Positions 41,954 to 51,395 of a stretch of 64,000 bases of DNA are shown in pieces. The DNA comes from Myxococcota bacterium (GTDB lineage: Bacteria > Myxococcota_A > SURF-8 > G963663525), in assembly GCA_963676915.2 (NCBI GenBank), contig CAXXVK010000043.1, positions 192,001 to 256,000 on the forward strand. The letters run 5' to 3'. A program made the position numbers and the translations under genes. Position 1 is the stretch's first letter. Each line of letters begins with the position of its first letter. Under the pieces are notes generated by a model. It had not been told where the DNA came from, ran no database searches, and was given only the letters and a program-made list of their open reading frames with translations.

Positions 41954-44161
41954 ATGTCGAAAATCATTGCTTCTGCTGGTATTCGCGGGGCTTACAAGAT
42001 TGTAGCCCGCGCTGAAGAAGCCTGGAAAAAGGCGATGGACAGCAACAATCCCAACACGGAAGTGGGGCTGCCCAACACCGGTTACTACCTGCCGATCATC
42101 TACGCACTGTTGGGCCACAAGGTCGAAACTCTGGACGATATGGCTTTTGTAATCGATCGCTGCAAAAGCCTGCTTCCGCCGCAGGTTTACGAAACCTATC
42201 ACCTGCCCTATCTCGGACCGGTACTCGATGCCGGTATGGCGACCCTGTTTGCCGAAGAGATATTTGAAAGCCTTCGTTATCTGAATGAGCCGGATTTTTA
42301 TCTCCAGAGTGAAGATCCCACGGCCGACAAGCTGTGGTTGGGTGCTGCGGACGACGTTATCATGCGTAAACGTGGCGTCGAGTTCGTCGATGGTTCCGCC
42401 CCCGGTTTCGCCGCTATTCTCGGTGCGGCCCCGACTGCGCAGATCGCCGCCGATATCGCGCTCGAACTGCAAAAGAAGAACCTCTACACCTTTATGGCAG
42501 GCAGTTATCAGGGAAAAACCTTCTCCGAGCAGCTCGTCGAAGCCGGTGTGGAAGTCGGTTGGAACACTCGTCTCGTTCCCTTCGGACCGGACACTTCCGC
42601 CGCCATCTTCGCCGTCGGTTTCGCGACCCGCGCCGCCATGTCCTTCGGTGGTATCGAACCCGGACGTGCCCGCGACATTCTGATTTACAACAAAGACCGC
42701 GTGTTCGCCTTTGCGCTGACCTTCGGTGAAGTCACCGACGAATGGTACGCCAACGGCGCCGGAATCATCAACTACGGCTTCCCGGTCATCGCCGATACGC
42801 CGATTCCCGAGATTCTGCCCACCGGTGTTTGCACCTACGAGCATGTCGTATCCAACGTGGATTACGAAAGCATCGTTCAGAAAGCCATCGAGGTTCGCGG
42901 CCTGAAGGTCACGATTACCGAGGTTCCGGTTCCCGTCGCTTACGGTCCCGCGTTCGAAGGCGAGCGCGTACGTGGCGAAGACATCTACTACGAAGCGGGC
43001 GGTGGTCGCACCCAGGCGGTCGAACTCGTCGTTTCGAAGGAAATGGACGAAATCGAGGATGGAAAAATCACCCTCGTCGGTCCCGACCTCAAGGATCTCG
43101 GACCCGGAAAGCGCACTCCGCTGGCGATCTTCGTCGAAGTGGCCGGACGCCAGATGCAACCGGACTTCGAGCCGATTCTCGAACGTCAGATTCACCACTT
43201 GATCAACTTCGCCCAAGGTATGATGCATATCGGACAGCGTGACATTGCGTGGGTCCGCATCGCGAAGGGCGCGGTAGAAAAGGGCTTGAGCCTGAGCCAC
43301 ATCGGAAGCATCCTGCACGCCAAGTTGCATCAGGACTTCGGTACGATTCTGGATAAGGTGCAAGTGACGGTCTACACCGAGGAAGAGGAAGCGACCAAGA
43401 TTCTCAAACTGGCTCGCGCCAAATACAAAGAACGTGACGAGCGTGTCGAAGGTATGCGGGACGAAGATACCGAAACCTTCTATTCCTGCACGCTGTGTCA
43501 GTCCTTTGCACCTACCCACGTTTGTGTGGTTACACCCGAACGTGCCGGTCTGTGCGGTGCCTATTCCTGGCTGGATTGCAAAGCTTCCAACGAAATCAAC
43601 CCCACCGGTCCGAACCAGCCGATCGAAAAGGGCGAAACTATCGACGAGCGCCTCGGTCAGTGGTCTGGTGTCAATGATTTCGTTTCCAAGGCTTCACGCG
43701 GAAACGTTGGTAGCTACAACGCATACTCCATCATGGACAACCCGATGACGAGTTGCGGTTGCTTCGAAGCCATCGCGGCGTTCTTGCCGACTTGCAACGG
43801 TATCATGATCGTGGATCGTGATTATCGTGGCATGACCCCCTCGGGCATGAAGTTCACGACGCTGGCCGGTTCCGTCGGTGGTGGCGCGATTACCCCCGGC
43901 TTCGTTGGACACAGTAAGCTGTACATCACCTCCCGCAAATTCGTCAGCGCGGATGGTGGTTTGAAGCGTATCGTCTGGATGCCTAAAGCTCTGAAAGAGG
44001 AAATCTCCGACCGCTTCAACAAGCGTGCCGAGGAAGAAGGTATACCGGATCTGCTCGACAAGATCGCCGATGAGACGGTCGGAACGACCGAAGACGAAAT
44101 CTATGCCTGGCTGGAAGAACAAGGACATCCGGCGCTGAGTATGGATTCGATGATGGGATAA
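41954..44161 (+). CDS. acsB: Acetyl-CoA synthase (AcsB/CdhC)
   Basis: PNTGYYLP, FYSCTLCQSFAPTHVC, GLCGA and PMTSCGCFE. Confidence 0.97.
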   Translation: MSKIIASAGIRGAYKIVARAEEAWKKAMDSNNPNTEVGLPNTGYYLPIIYALLGHKVETLDDMAFVIDRCKSLLPPQVYETYHLPYLGPVLDAGMATLFAEEIFESLRYLNEPDFYLQSEDPTADKLWLGAADDVIMRKRGVEFVDGSAPGFAAILGAAPTAQIAADIALELQKKNLYTFMAGSYQGKTFSEQLVEAGVEVGWNTRLVPFGPDTSAAIFAVGFATRAAMSFGGIEPGRARDILIYNKDRVFAFALTFGEVTDEWYANGAGIINYGFPVIADTPIPEILPTGVCTYEHVVSNVDYESIVQKAIEVRGLKVTITEVPVPVAYGPAFEGERVRGEDIYYEAGGGRTQAVELVVSKEMDEIEDGKITLVGPDLKDLGPGKRTPLAIFVEVAGRQMQPDFEPILERQIHHLINFAQGMMHIGQRDIAWVRIAKGAVEKGLSLSHIGSILHAKLHQDFGTILDKVQVTVYTEEEEATKILKLARAKYKERDERVEGMRDEDTETFYSCTLCQSFAPTHVCVVTPERAGLCGAYSWLDCKASNEINPTGPNQPIEKGETIDERLGQWSGVNDFVSKASRGNVGSYNAYSIMDNPMTSCGCFEAIAAFLPTCNGIMIVDRDYRGMTPSGMKFTTLAGSVGGGAITPGFVGHSKLYITSRKFVSADGGLKRIVWMPKALKEEISDRFNKRAEEEGIPDLLDKIADETVGTTEDEIYAWLEEQGHPALSMDSMMG

Positions 44162-44243
44162 GTCCGGATTTACCCGGCCCGATAAGGGCCGGGATTCGGA
44201 ACCTCGTTCATTGAACAGCTCTAAGGAGTGAAGGAGCCAACAC

Positions 44244-45587
44244 ATGGGCTTAAGTGGTATCCAAATTTTTAAAATGCTCCCCAAGACGAATTGTGGAGAT
44301 TGCGGTGTGCCGACCTGTCTTGCCTTCGCCATGAATCTGGCCTCCGGCAAGGCGGAACTCGATTCCTGTCCTCACGTTTCCGACGAAGCGCGAGAAAAAC
44401 TGGAGTCGTCGTCTGCTCCACCGATCCGCACGGTAAAGATGGGGGAAGGTAACAACGAACTTTCCGTTGGTGGCGAGACGGTTTCTTATCGTCACGAAAA
44501 AACCTTTTTCAATCCTCCCGGACTCGCCGTTCTGGTAGCGGATGATGAAGCCGAGGATTCGGTCAAAGGCAAACTCGAACGGCTGATGAAGCTGCAATTC
44601 GAGCGTGTCGGAGTGAATCTGCGCGCCGAATGCGTAGCGCTCAAATCCAATACGGGCGATGCTGGCAAATTCAAAGCGCTGGCGGAAGTGGTCAAAGAAA
44701 ACTCCGACGCCGTGCCGATCCTGATGGGCGAAGCGGATGTGATCGCAGACGCTCTGGAAGTGCTCAAAGAGCGCCGCCCGATTCTGTACGCCGCACACCG
44801 TGCGAACGCCCAGGCCATGGCGGAGTTGGCGCAGAAATACGATGCGCCGCTGGCCGTGGTAGGGGAAAACCTTGACGAAGTGGCCGATCTGACTCAGAAA
44901 TTGACCGATGCAGGTCTGAAAGATCTGTTGATCGACGGCGGTTGCCGCAGCATCAAGCAAGCGCTTTTCGATCAAGTCGCCATGCGTCGTCTGGCCACCC
45001 AGCAGACCTTCCGTCCGATGGGCTTCCCTTCCATTGTGTTCCCCTGCGAGATGACCGATGATTTCCTGATGGAAAACGTCTATGCCTCGCTGTTCATCGC
45101 CAAGTATGCCGGAATCATCGTCATGAGCGATCTTCGGGGCGAGAACCTCTATCCGCTGACCGTCGAACGCCTCAATATCTACACCGACCCGCAACGGCCG
45201 ATGAAGACCACCGAGGGCATTTACGAGTTGAACAACCCGACGGAAGAATCTCCGGTGCTGATTACCTCGAACTTCTCGTTGACCTACTTTGTGGTGTCCG
45301 GCGAAATCGAGGCCAGCCGCGTTCCCACCTGGCTGCTCGTGCTCGATACCGATGGATTGTCGGTACTAACTGCTTGGGCTGCCGGAAAATTCGTCGGCGA
45401 TACGGTAGGTGCGCTCGTCAAGAAGTGTGGCATCGAGGACAAAGTCAAAACCAAAAAGCTGGTACTGCCTGGATACGTTGCCGTGTTGACCGGTGACGTC
45501 GAAGAAGAACTTCCCAATTGGGAAGTGATCGTCGGTCCGCGGGAAAGTGCTCACATTCCCGCTTTCCTGAAGCAGAATTACGCTTAA
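44244..45587 (+). CDS. acsC: Corrinoid Fe-S protein large subunit (AcsC/CdhE)
   Basis: LPKTNCGDCGVPTCLAFA, YRHEKTF, IYTDPQRP, NFSLTYF and SVLTAWAAGKF. Confidence 0.97.
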   Translation: MGLSGIQIFKMLPKTNCGDCGVPTCLAFAMNLASGKAELDSCPHVSDEAREKLESSSAPPIRTVKMGEGNNELSVGGETVSYRHEKTFFNPPGLAVLVADDEAEDSVKGKLERLMKLQFERVGVNLRAECVALKSNTGDAGKFKALAEVVKENSDAVPILMGEADVIADALEVLKERRPILYAAHRANAQAMAELAQKYDAPLAVVGENLDEVADLTQKLTDAGLKDLLIDGGCRSIKQALFDQVAMRRLATQQTFRPMGFPSIVFPCEMTDDFLMENVYASLFIAKYAGIIVMSDLRGENLYPLTVERLNIYTDPQRPMKTTEGIYELNNPTEESPVLITSNFSLTYFVVSGEIEASRVPTWLLVLDTDGLSVLTAWAAGKFVGDTVGALVKKCGIEDKVKTKKLVLPGYVAVLTGDVEEELPNWEVIVGPRESAHIPAFLKQNYA

Positions 45588-45613
45588 TGGTAAAAAGTTT
45601 GGTTTGCGAATCA

Positions 45614-45655
45614 CCCGACTTCTCCTATACTGCTAGGGGGAGTCGGGCTCTTTTG
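45614..45655 (+). terminator. Hairpin between acsC and acsE
   Basis: CCCGACTTCTCCTA...TAGGGGGAGTCGGG followed by CTCTTTT. Confidence 0.5.
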
Positions 45656-45686
45656 TTCTAACCTCATAGATGGAAGGGAAGGGAAA

Positions 45687-46577
45687 ATGCTTTTTGTTGC
45701 CGAGAACATCAACGTGATGTCGAAATCCTTGGGACCGGCCATGCGCAACCGCGAAGCCGGACCGATCGAGAACATGGCGAAAATCCTTGCCGCAAACGGC
45801 GCGGATTATCTCGATGTCAACGTCGGTCCTGCCCGTAAAAACGGTGCGGAAATGGTCGAGTGGGTCGTCAAAACGGTTCAGGGTGCGGTAGACAAACCTC
45901 TGTGGGTCGATACCACCAATATCGAAGCCATGGAAGCCGGACTGAAAGCCCACAACAACAGTTGGGGACAACCGGTGATCAACTCCATCGACGCCACCGA
46001 GGCTCGTATGGAAAAAATGATCCCGATGGTCGCCAAGTACAACACCAAAATGGTCGCATTGCTGTACGGAGTGGACGGTATCCCCCGCGACGAAAACGAG
46101 CGTGGTCTGATGGCCGCCGACCTGCTGATGAAGACCATGGAAGCCGGGATTCCTGCCGAGGACATTTTCTACGATCCGATCGTTGTTCCCGTTTCTTCGC
46201 AGCAGAACCAGGTTGTGGCCTGCACGGCGTTCATGGAAATGCTCGGTGACATCGCCCCCGGTGCCGGAAGCACCTGCGGCCTGTCGAATATTTCCAACGG
46301 TTCTCCCGAAGAACTGCGCCACGTTCTCAATCATGCCTATGTGATCATGCTCAAGCATCGTGGCATGAGCTCGGCTATCCTCGACGGCCTCGACAAGACC
46401 ATTATGGATATCGCCAAAGATCGTCGCGCCGACTTGGAAGAAGCCGTGACGAAGGCCGAATCCGGCGAATGGAATGCCAGCACGACGGGCCTGTCCGAAG
46501 AACAGATGAACATGGTCAAGTCGGTGAAAGTTCTCACCAACAACGCCCTGTACTCCGATTCCTGGCTCGAACTGTAA
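45687..46577 (+). CDS. acsE: Methyl-THF:corrinoid Fe-S protein methyltransferase (AcsE)
   Basis: Pterin-binding TIM barrel with AENIN, LDVNVGP, INSI, GLSNISNG and a LYSDSWLE end. Confidence 0.92.
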   Translation: MLFVAENINVMSKSLGPAMRNREAGPIENMAKILAANGADYLDVNVGPARKNGAEMVEWVVKTVQGAVDKPLWVDTTNIEAMEAGLKAHNNSWGQPVINSIDATEARMEKMIPMVAKYNTKMVALLYGVDGIPRDENERGLMAADLLMKTMEAGIPAEDIFYDPIVVPVSSQQNQVVACTAFMEMLGDIAPGAGSTCGLSNISNGSPEELRHVLNHAYVIMLKHRGMSSAILDGLDKTIMDIAKDRRADLEEAVTKAESGEWNASTTGLSEEQMNMVKSVKVLTNNALYSDSWLEL

Positions 46578-46600
46578 ACGACAATATAAGAAGGAATGCG

Positions 46601-47275
46601 ATGACCTCGGAGGATAAACGCCCCGAACTCGTCAAGCAGACCAACCTCGAAACAGCCTTGCAGTTGGCGCTGGATATCCTGCGCCAACGCAGGGCTGTTG
46701 ATTTTTCCGAGCGTTGCGGGGTGGATGTATACGAAATCGACGGAAAAACCGTCGTAGACCTGCCATATTTCAACGAGCATTGCCGGTTCACACTGCCGGA
46801 TTGGGATGCTGAAATCGACAACGGGCGACCGCTCTATCTGTACGAAAAAATCTTTTTGCTGCACTATCTTGCATCGGAAGGCTACGAAACGGACAAAGAA
46901 GGGTTGATCGCCTTCAGCGAAATTCCCGACGGTCGGTTTTACGAAGACGCTTTTCGTCGTCGAGCCAAAGTGCCTTTGGTGGGAATATTCGGCGAAATTC
47001 CGGATCGTTTGCTGGAAGCGGCAACGAAATATCTCGATGCCGAGCCGACCCAGGATGCGGATGTGGCTTTTCGGGTACGTGTTTTTCCGAAAGTTCCCGT
47101 AACGGTGCAACTGTGGAGAGGTGACGATGAATTCCCGCCGGAAGGGAATTTTTTATTCAAACCTGATATCAATCACTTCCTTTCGGCGGAAGACGTTGCC
47201 ATTTTAACGGGTATGGTATTGGGTAAACTGAAATTCGCGCTCAAGCAGTTGGATGAGGAAGGAGAACTGACGTGA
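46601..47275 (+). CDS. DUF3786 domain protein
   Basis: LLHYL, F.EIPDG.FY..AF, FPKVP, W.GDDEFPP and LSAED. Confidence 0.85.
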   Translation: MTSEDKRPELVKQTNLETALQLALDILRQRRAVDFSERCGVDVYEIDGKTVVDLPYFNEHCRFTLPDWDAEIDNGRPLYLYEKIFLLHYLASEGYETDKEGLIAFSEIPDGRFYEDAFRRRAKVPLVGIFGEIPDRLLEAATKYLDAEPTQDADVAFRVRVFPKVPVTVQLWRGDDEFPPEGNFLFKPDINHFLSAEDVAILTGMVLGKLKFALKQLDEEGELT

Positions 47276-48048
47276 GTCTCAAACTGGCGATTGGTGGCAA
47301 AGGCGGAGTAGGGAAAACGACGGTTTCGGCCCTGTTGTCGAGAATTCTGGCAAGCAGGGGGCAGCGGGTGATCGCCATCGATGCCGATCCCGTGACGAAT
47401 CTTGCGGCAGGTCTGGGGATCCCCGAAGACGAGCCGATTACACCGATTGCCGAGTTGTCCGAACTCATCGAAGAACGCACCGGAGCGAAACCCGGCACGA
47501 TGGGCGGCTTTTTTACGCTCAATCCTAAAGTGGACGATATTCCCGACCGCTTCAGCCGGGAACGCGATGGCGTCAAGCTGCTGGTGATGGGAACGATCCA
47601 AACCGGTGGGATGGGATGTATTTGTCCCGAAAGCACGATTCTAAAAGCCCTGATGCAGCATCTTGTCCTGTATCGGGACGACATCGTGATCATGGATATG
47701 GAAGCAGGTGTCGAGCACCTTGGGCGGGCGACATCTCGTTCGGTGGATGCCCTGCTGATCGTCGTCAACCCCGGCGCACGCAGTCGGATGGCAGCTCACC
47801 GCATTCGTAAACTGGCCACCGATATCGGTATTCAGCACGTTATGGTGTTGGGAAATCGGTTTCGTGGTCCCGAGGACGAAGCCTTGTTGAGAGAATCTCT
47901 GCCGGACTTCGAAGTCATCGGCACGATTCCCGAGATGGAAGATGTGATTCAGGCCGACAGAGATGCGAAACGCCCGTTCGAAAACATCGAAGAGGCTCCG
48001 AAACCTCTGTTCGACCTGGCGGAAAGGGTGCTTACTCTGTCCCGCTGA
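47272..48048 (+). CDS. cooC: CODH/ACS nickel-insertion ATPase CooC/AcsF
   Basis: GKGGVGKTT, IDADP, GCICP and DMEAGVEHLGR. Confidence 0.93.
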   Translation: MSLKLAIGGKGGVGKTTVSALLSRILASRGQRVIAIDADPVTNLAAGLGIPEDEPITPIAELSELIEERTGAKPGTMGGFFTLNPKVDDIPDRFSRERDGVKLLVMGTIQTGGMGCICPESTILKALMQHLVLYRDDIVIMDMEAGVEHLGRATSRSVDALLIVVNPGARSRMAAHRIRKLATDIGIQHVMVLGNRFRGPEDEALLRESLPDFEVIGTIPEMEDVIQADRDAKRPFENIEEAPKPLFDLAERVLTLSR

Positions 48049-48226
48049 ACACGATGCGGTTCGACATATAGTTGATCTCGGTGATGGTCCCGGATACTTC
48101 CAGACTGTCACCGAGAATTCCGCGCAGCATGAATTTTCCGCCTTCCAACGGCAGAACCTTCGCGACGCTTTCCATGACCAACTCTTCTTTTTCGCCCTTT
48201 TTCACGTAAGCAGCCGATTCACACAT
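48032..48226 (-). CDS. cooT: CooT family nickel-binding protein
   Basis: MCESAAY...EELVMESV...ILG; N-terminal Met-Cys motif, 64 aa. Confidence 0.85.
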   Translation of the reverse strand: MCESAAYVKKGEKEELVMESVAKVLPLEGGKFMLRGILGDSLEVSGTITEINYMSNRIVFSGTE

Positions 48227-48557
48227 CTTTCCTTCTCCATCCTGTATTGTAGCCGGATTCGTTTTCTACGCCGGAATCCGTCAAAAGTGAATGTCTCGCA
48301 CCAATCAAGCGATCATTACAAGTTATTGTAGGATTCGATGATGGGTGGGTCAAGACGTAGCCGTGGGGTTCCACGAAAATTTCCGGTACATTTGGATGAA
48401 TTTTTCACAAAAGATGACCTTATTGTGCGAGTTGTTTGTTTGATAATGCCTGATCTTATCGATCCTCCGAAGCTTCTTGAATCTCGCACGAAAATCAGTA
48501 CAATGAATCTGTGACGAAAATCATCGAAGGCACGTATTTCTACGAAAGAAGGCCGGT

Positions 48558-50231
48558 ATGTTCAGAAAATTTTTGGTGGGGTTGTGGGTCGTTTTGTGCG
48601 TTACTGCGCTCGAAGCGAAAGCCGAAGAAATCTGGGTGATCGGCGCCGGTTCCGAAAGCACGATATGGAAGGCCCTCGGGGGAGATGCTACGCTTTCGGG
48701 AGGTTGGAAGCTGGATAGTGTGTCCATCGAGCGCAGCCAGGTGAAAGCCTGCTACAAACAAAAATCTTCGAAACCGTTTTGCTTGACCGTGGTACATCCC
48801 GATCAAGCGGAGAAAAACGCCCATAAAGCCGGAGCCGCCTCGGTTGTGTGTGATAAAAAAGACGTCGATGCTTCCAAGAAAAAACTGCTTGATGTCGTGG
48901 CGACCCGCTTGAAACGAAGTGGGTGGGCCAACGTATGGACTCGTTCGAAAAAAGAGGGTAGCTCGATGGGAAAAGAAGATTCCCCTCGCGTGGCGCACCT
49001 CCTTGAAATTACGGACTATTTGATGTCTCAAGAGAGATTCGATCTCAGCCGGATTGCTTGGAACATGGCGGCGGAAATCGATCCTGATAATCCTGAACTG
49101 CAAATACGGAAAATCCGACAGGATATTCTGGAATCCAAACTCAAAAGTGTAAGGAAATGGATCGAAGAAAACGAAAAACGTTTTCCCGACTTGAAAGCGA
49201 AATTTTCCGTGGAAAAAGCGAAAATCTTCGCGCTCGAGGAAAATTTCCCGGAAGCTTTCAAAGTCCTTGAATCGATTGCTGAAAAGGGAAAAATCTCCAT
49301 CGATGCCTGCAACGGTGTGGTGGATATTTCAAAGCTTGTCGGAAAGAAAATCAGTCCCAAAATGCAACTTGAGTTTTTGTTGAAATCGCTCAATTCCTTC
49401 GATTTTTGCGATGATGTCTGGAAGCTGTTCTCCGATAAAATGCTGGAAGCGGGTCGGGCGTTGCAATTTCTGGAACGATTGGAGCAAAAGATTGCACAAC
49501 AACCTGAAAAACCGGAATGGCTGCGACTGAAAGCCATGGCATTGTGGCGTTTGAAGAGGTTCCGCGAAACACTCGCTGTCTGGGAAAAACTGTACGATCT
49601 TTCTCCCGATCCGACGCTGGTCGATCGGCATACCTCGTTGATTACCCGGTTGGCGGATGAAAAAGACCTGTACGATCAAATGGTTCGGCGTCTGAATGAA
49701 AAGCCGGGCGATATGCTGGCTCGTCATGCGATAGCCATTCTGAATTACTATCATCGAAATTACGAGACATGTCGGACGATGGTGGACGAACTTATTAAAG
49801 TGCTGCCGGAAGATCCTCGCCTGTATATCTACGGGGCGATGAGTCGGTATGAGCTTGGCGATTGGGATGGTGCTCGCCAGTGGTTGTTCGAGCTGGACAA
49901 CAAAGGTTTCGGCGATGGCGATTTGTATTATTGCAAAGCCGTGATCTGGCATCGCAAAGATCCGGCTAAGGCGTTGGAAAACCTCGACATTTTTATCGGT
50001 CGTCCGGTAGGTCCGGAAGATCACTTGCCCAAGCACGCCCACGCCGTAGAGATTCGCGAACAGCTTGCACGGGGTGAAACCATTTGGGAATGGCTGCCGG
50101 ACAACGAGTATCCCATCGATCCGTTCATTATTCCTTACCTGATCGATTACGGCATTCCGGTTGCTATAGCGGTGCTGTTGTTGTTTGTATTGTCGATAGT
50201 CCTTTTCGCGAAAAAGCGGAAAAAGTCGTAA
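48558..50231 (+). CDS. Exported TPR-like helical-repeat protein with a C-terminal TM anchor
   Basis: Signal peptide, TPR-like helices, and a C-terminal TM followed by KKRKKS. Confidence 0.7.
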   Translation: MFRKFLVGLWVVLCVTALEAKAEEIWVIGAGSESTIWKALGGDATLSGGWKLDSVSIERSQVKACYKQKSSKPFCLTVVHPDQAEKNAHKAGAASVVCDKKDVDASKKKLLDVVATRLKRSGWANVWTRSKKEGSSMGKEDSPRVAHLLEITDYLMSQERFDLSRIAWNMAAEIDPDNPELQIRKIRQDILESKLKSVRKWIEENEKRFPDLKAKFSVEKAKIFALEENFPEAFKVLESIAEKGKISIDACNGVVDISKLVGKKISPKMQLEFLLKSLNSFDFCDDVWKLFSDKMLEAGRALQFLERLEQKIAQQPEKPEWLRLKAMALWRLKRFRETLAVWEKLYDLSPDPTLVDRHTSLITRLADEKDLYDQMVRRLNEKPGDMLARHAIAILNYYHRNYETCRTMVDELIKVLPEDPRLYIYGAMSRYELGDWDGARQWLFELDNKGFGDGDLYYCKAVIWHRKDPAKALENLDIFIGRPVGPEDHLPKHAHAVEIREQLARGETIWEWLPDNEYPIDPFIIPYLIDYGIPVAIAVLLLFVLSIVLFAKKRKKS

Positions 50232-50233
50232 TG

Positions 50234-50436
50234 GGGTGCATCACAAAATAGTGCGACTTTCGTAAAATCCTCTTTTTTCGTAGCGGCGAGGCGTAAGCCC
50301 GCCGTTTTTGCCTTTTGAAAGTTGCTTTTATACCCCCAATTTCCCTTTTCGGCGGGCTTACGCCTCGCCGCTACAACCAAACGAATGAATGCTTCAATAG
50401 TATTGGGCCTATTCGCACCATTTTGTGATGCACCTG
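50234..50436. mobile_element. MITE-like element, copy 1, carrying a family-1 REP doublet
   Basis: TIRs GGTGCATCACAAAAT / ATTTTGTGATGCACC. Flanking direct repeat GTCGTAATG (50225-50233 and 50437-50445). REPs at 50280-50304 and 50350-50374. Confidence 0.85.
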
Positions 50437-50507
50437 GTCGTAATGATTCGGGTTAGCAAATTCTTGACAAGGGTGCCGTTGCGGGGCATAGTTTCCGGGT
50501 CTTGCAT

Positions 50508-50583
50508 GCGGGCGTAACTCAGTTGGTAGAGTGGCAGCTTCCCAAGCTGCAAGTCGCGGGTTCGAGTCCCGTTGCCCGCTCCA
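50508..50583 (+). tRNA. tRNA-Gly(CCC)
   Basis: GCGGGCG...GCAGCTTCCCAAGCTGC...GGTTCGAGTCC...TGCCCGCTCCA. Confidence 0.95.
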
Positions 50584-50624
50584 AATAAAAAACCACCGCA
50601 CGTGCGGTGGTTTTTTATTTGGAG
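50579..50624. terminator. Perfect 46-bp palindrome; bidirectional terminator for tRNA-Gly and lemA
   Basis: CTCCAAATAAAAAACCACCGCAC|GTGCGGTGGTTTTTTATTTGGAG. Confidence 0.75.
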
Positions 50625-50635
50625 TATCTCATTCG

Positions 50636-51193
50636 TCAGAATTTGACCTTCGGTGCTTGCTTGGCGGCTTCTTCTACCTCGAAGTACTCCGCTTTCTCCA
50701 CGCCTGCCATATCGGCCCACCATTTGCCTGGAATTCCCCGGACGTAGGTGTTCAGTTGCTTGACGGCTTCGTTGTACCTCTTGCGTTCTACGGCGATACG
50801 GTTTTCGGTGCCTTCGATCTGATCTTGAAGCTTCAAAAAGCCTTGGTTGGCCTTGAGTTGGGGATAGGTTTCCTTGAGCATCAATAGCCGTGACAGCGCC
50901 CGTTCCATTCCTTGTGCCGCCTGAACTTTTTCGTCGCGTCCTTTGGCCTGAAAATACGATTCCCTGGCGTGCGCGATTTCACTGAAAATCTCTTTTTCGT
51001 GGGTGGCATAACCTTTGACGGTCTCGACGAGATTCGGGATCAGATCGTAGCGACGTTTCAATTGGTTTTCCACCTGGGCCCATTGACTTTCCACCTGTTC
51101 TTCGTAGGAGATCGCGGTGTTGTACCCGCAACCCTGGGCTGCAATGGTTACGAAAAATAGGAAGAAAACGACGAAAATCGTGGAAGTTTTCAA
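50636..51193 (-). CDS. lemA: LemA family protein
   Basis: GCGYN, RRYDLIPNLVETVKGYATHE, YPQLKAN and GTENRIAVER. Confidence 0.95.
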   Translation of the reverse strand: MKTSTIFVVFFLFFVTIAAQGCGYNTAISYEEQVESQWAQVENQLKRRYDLIPNLVETVKGYATHEKEIFSEIAHARESYFQAKGRDEKVQAAQGMERALSRLLMLKETYPQLKANQGFLKLQDQIEGTENRIAVERKRYNEAVKQLNTYVRGIPGKWWADMAGVEKAEYFEVEEAAKQAPKVKF

Positions 51194-51395
51194 GGGTTTT
51201 CCTTTCCTTTTACTATCATATTGCTGGTTTCGTACTTTCGATACGTCAACCTAACAAAGCCTATTGAAACAGGCAAGCTCAAGACAAAACATGCTCCATC
51301 CTATTTTAGGGTTCCCGAGAGGGTTTTCAAGAACCGATCTATGAATTTGAAGGTTGCGCTTTTTGTTACAATGGCGCAGTTTTTAGCAAAAACAT

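Noticed and set aside
44162-44200. Hairpin between acsB and acsC as an ncRNA
   Set aside because: It is a single GC stem (CCCGGCCC/GGGCCGGG), consistent with an ordinary mRNA stability or processing element.
48391-48412. Rex-like site upstream of cooT (…TGAATTTTTCACAA)
   Set aside because: Only one half-site matches TTGTGAA-N4-TTCACAA and the spacing is off.
50440-50640. tRNA-Gly(CCC) as an integration site of a genomic island
   Set aside because: There is no integrase and no duplicated tRNA 3' end. The adjacent palindrome is explained as a terminator.
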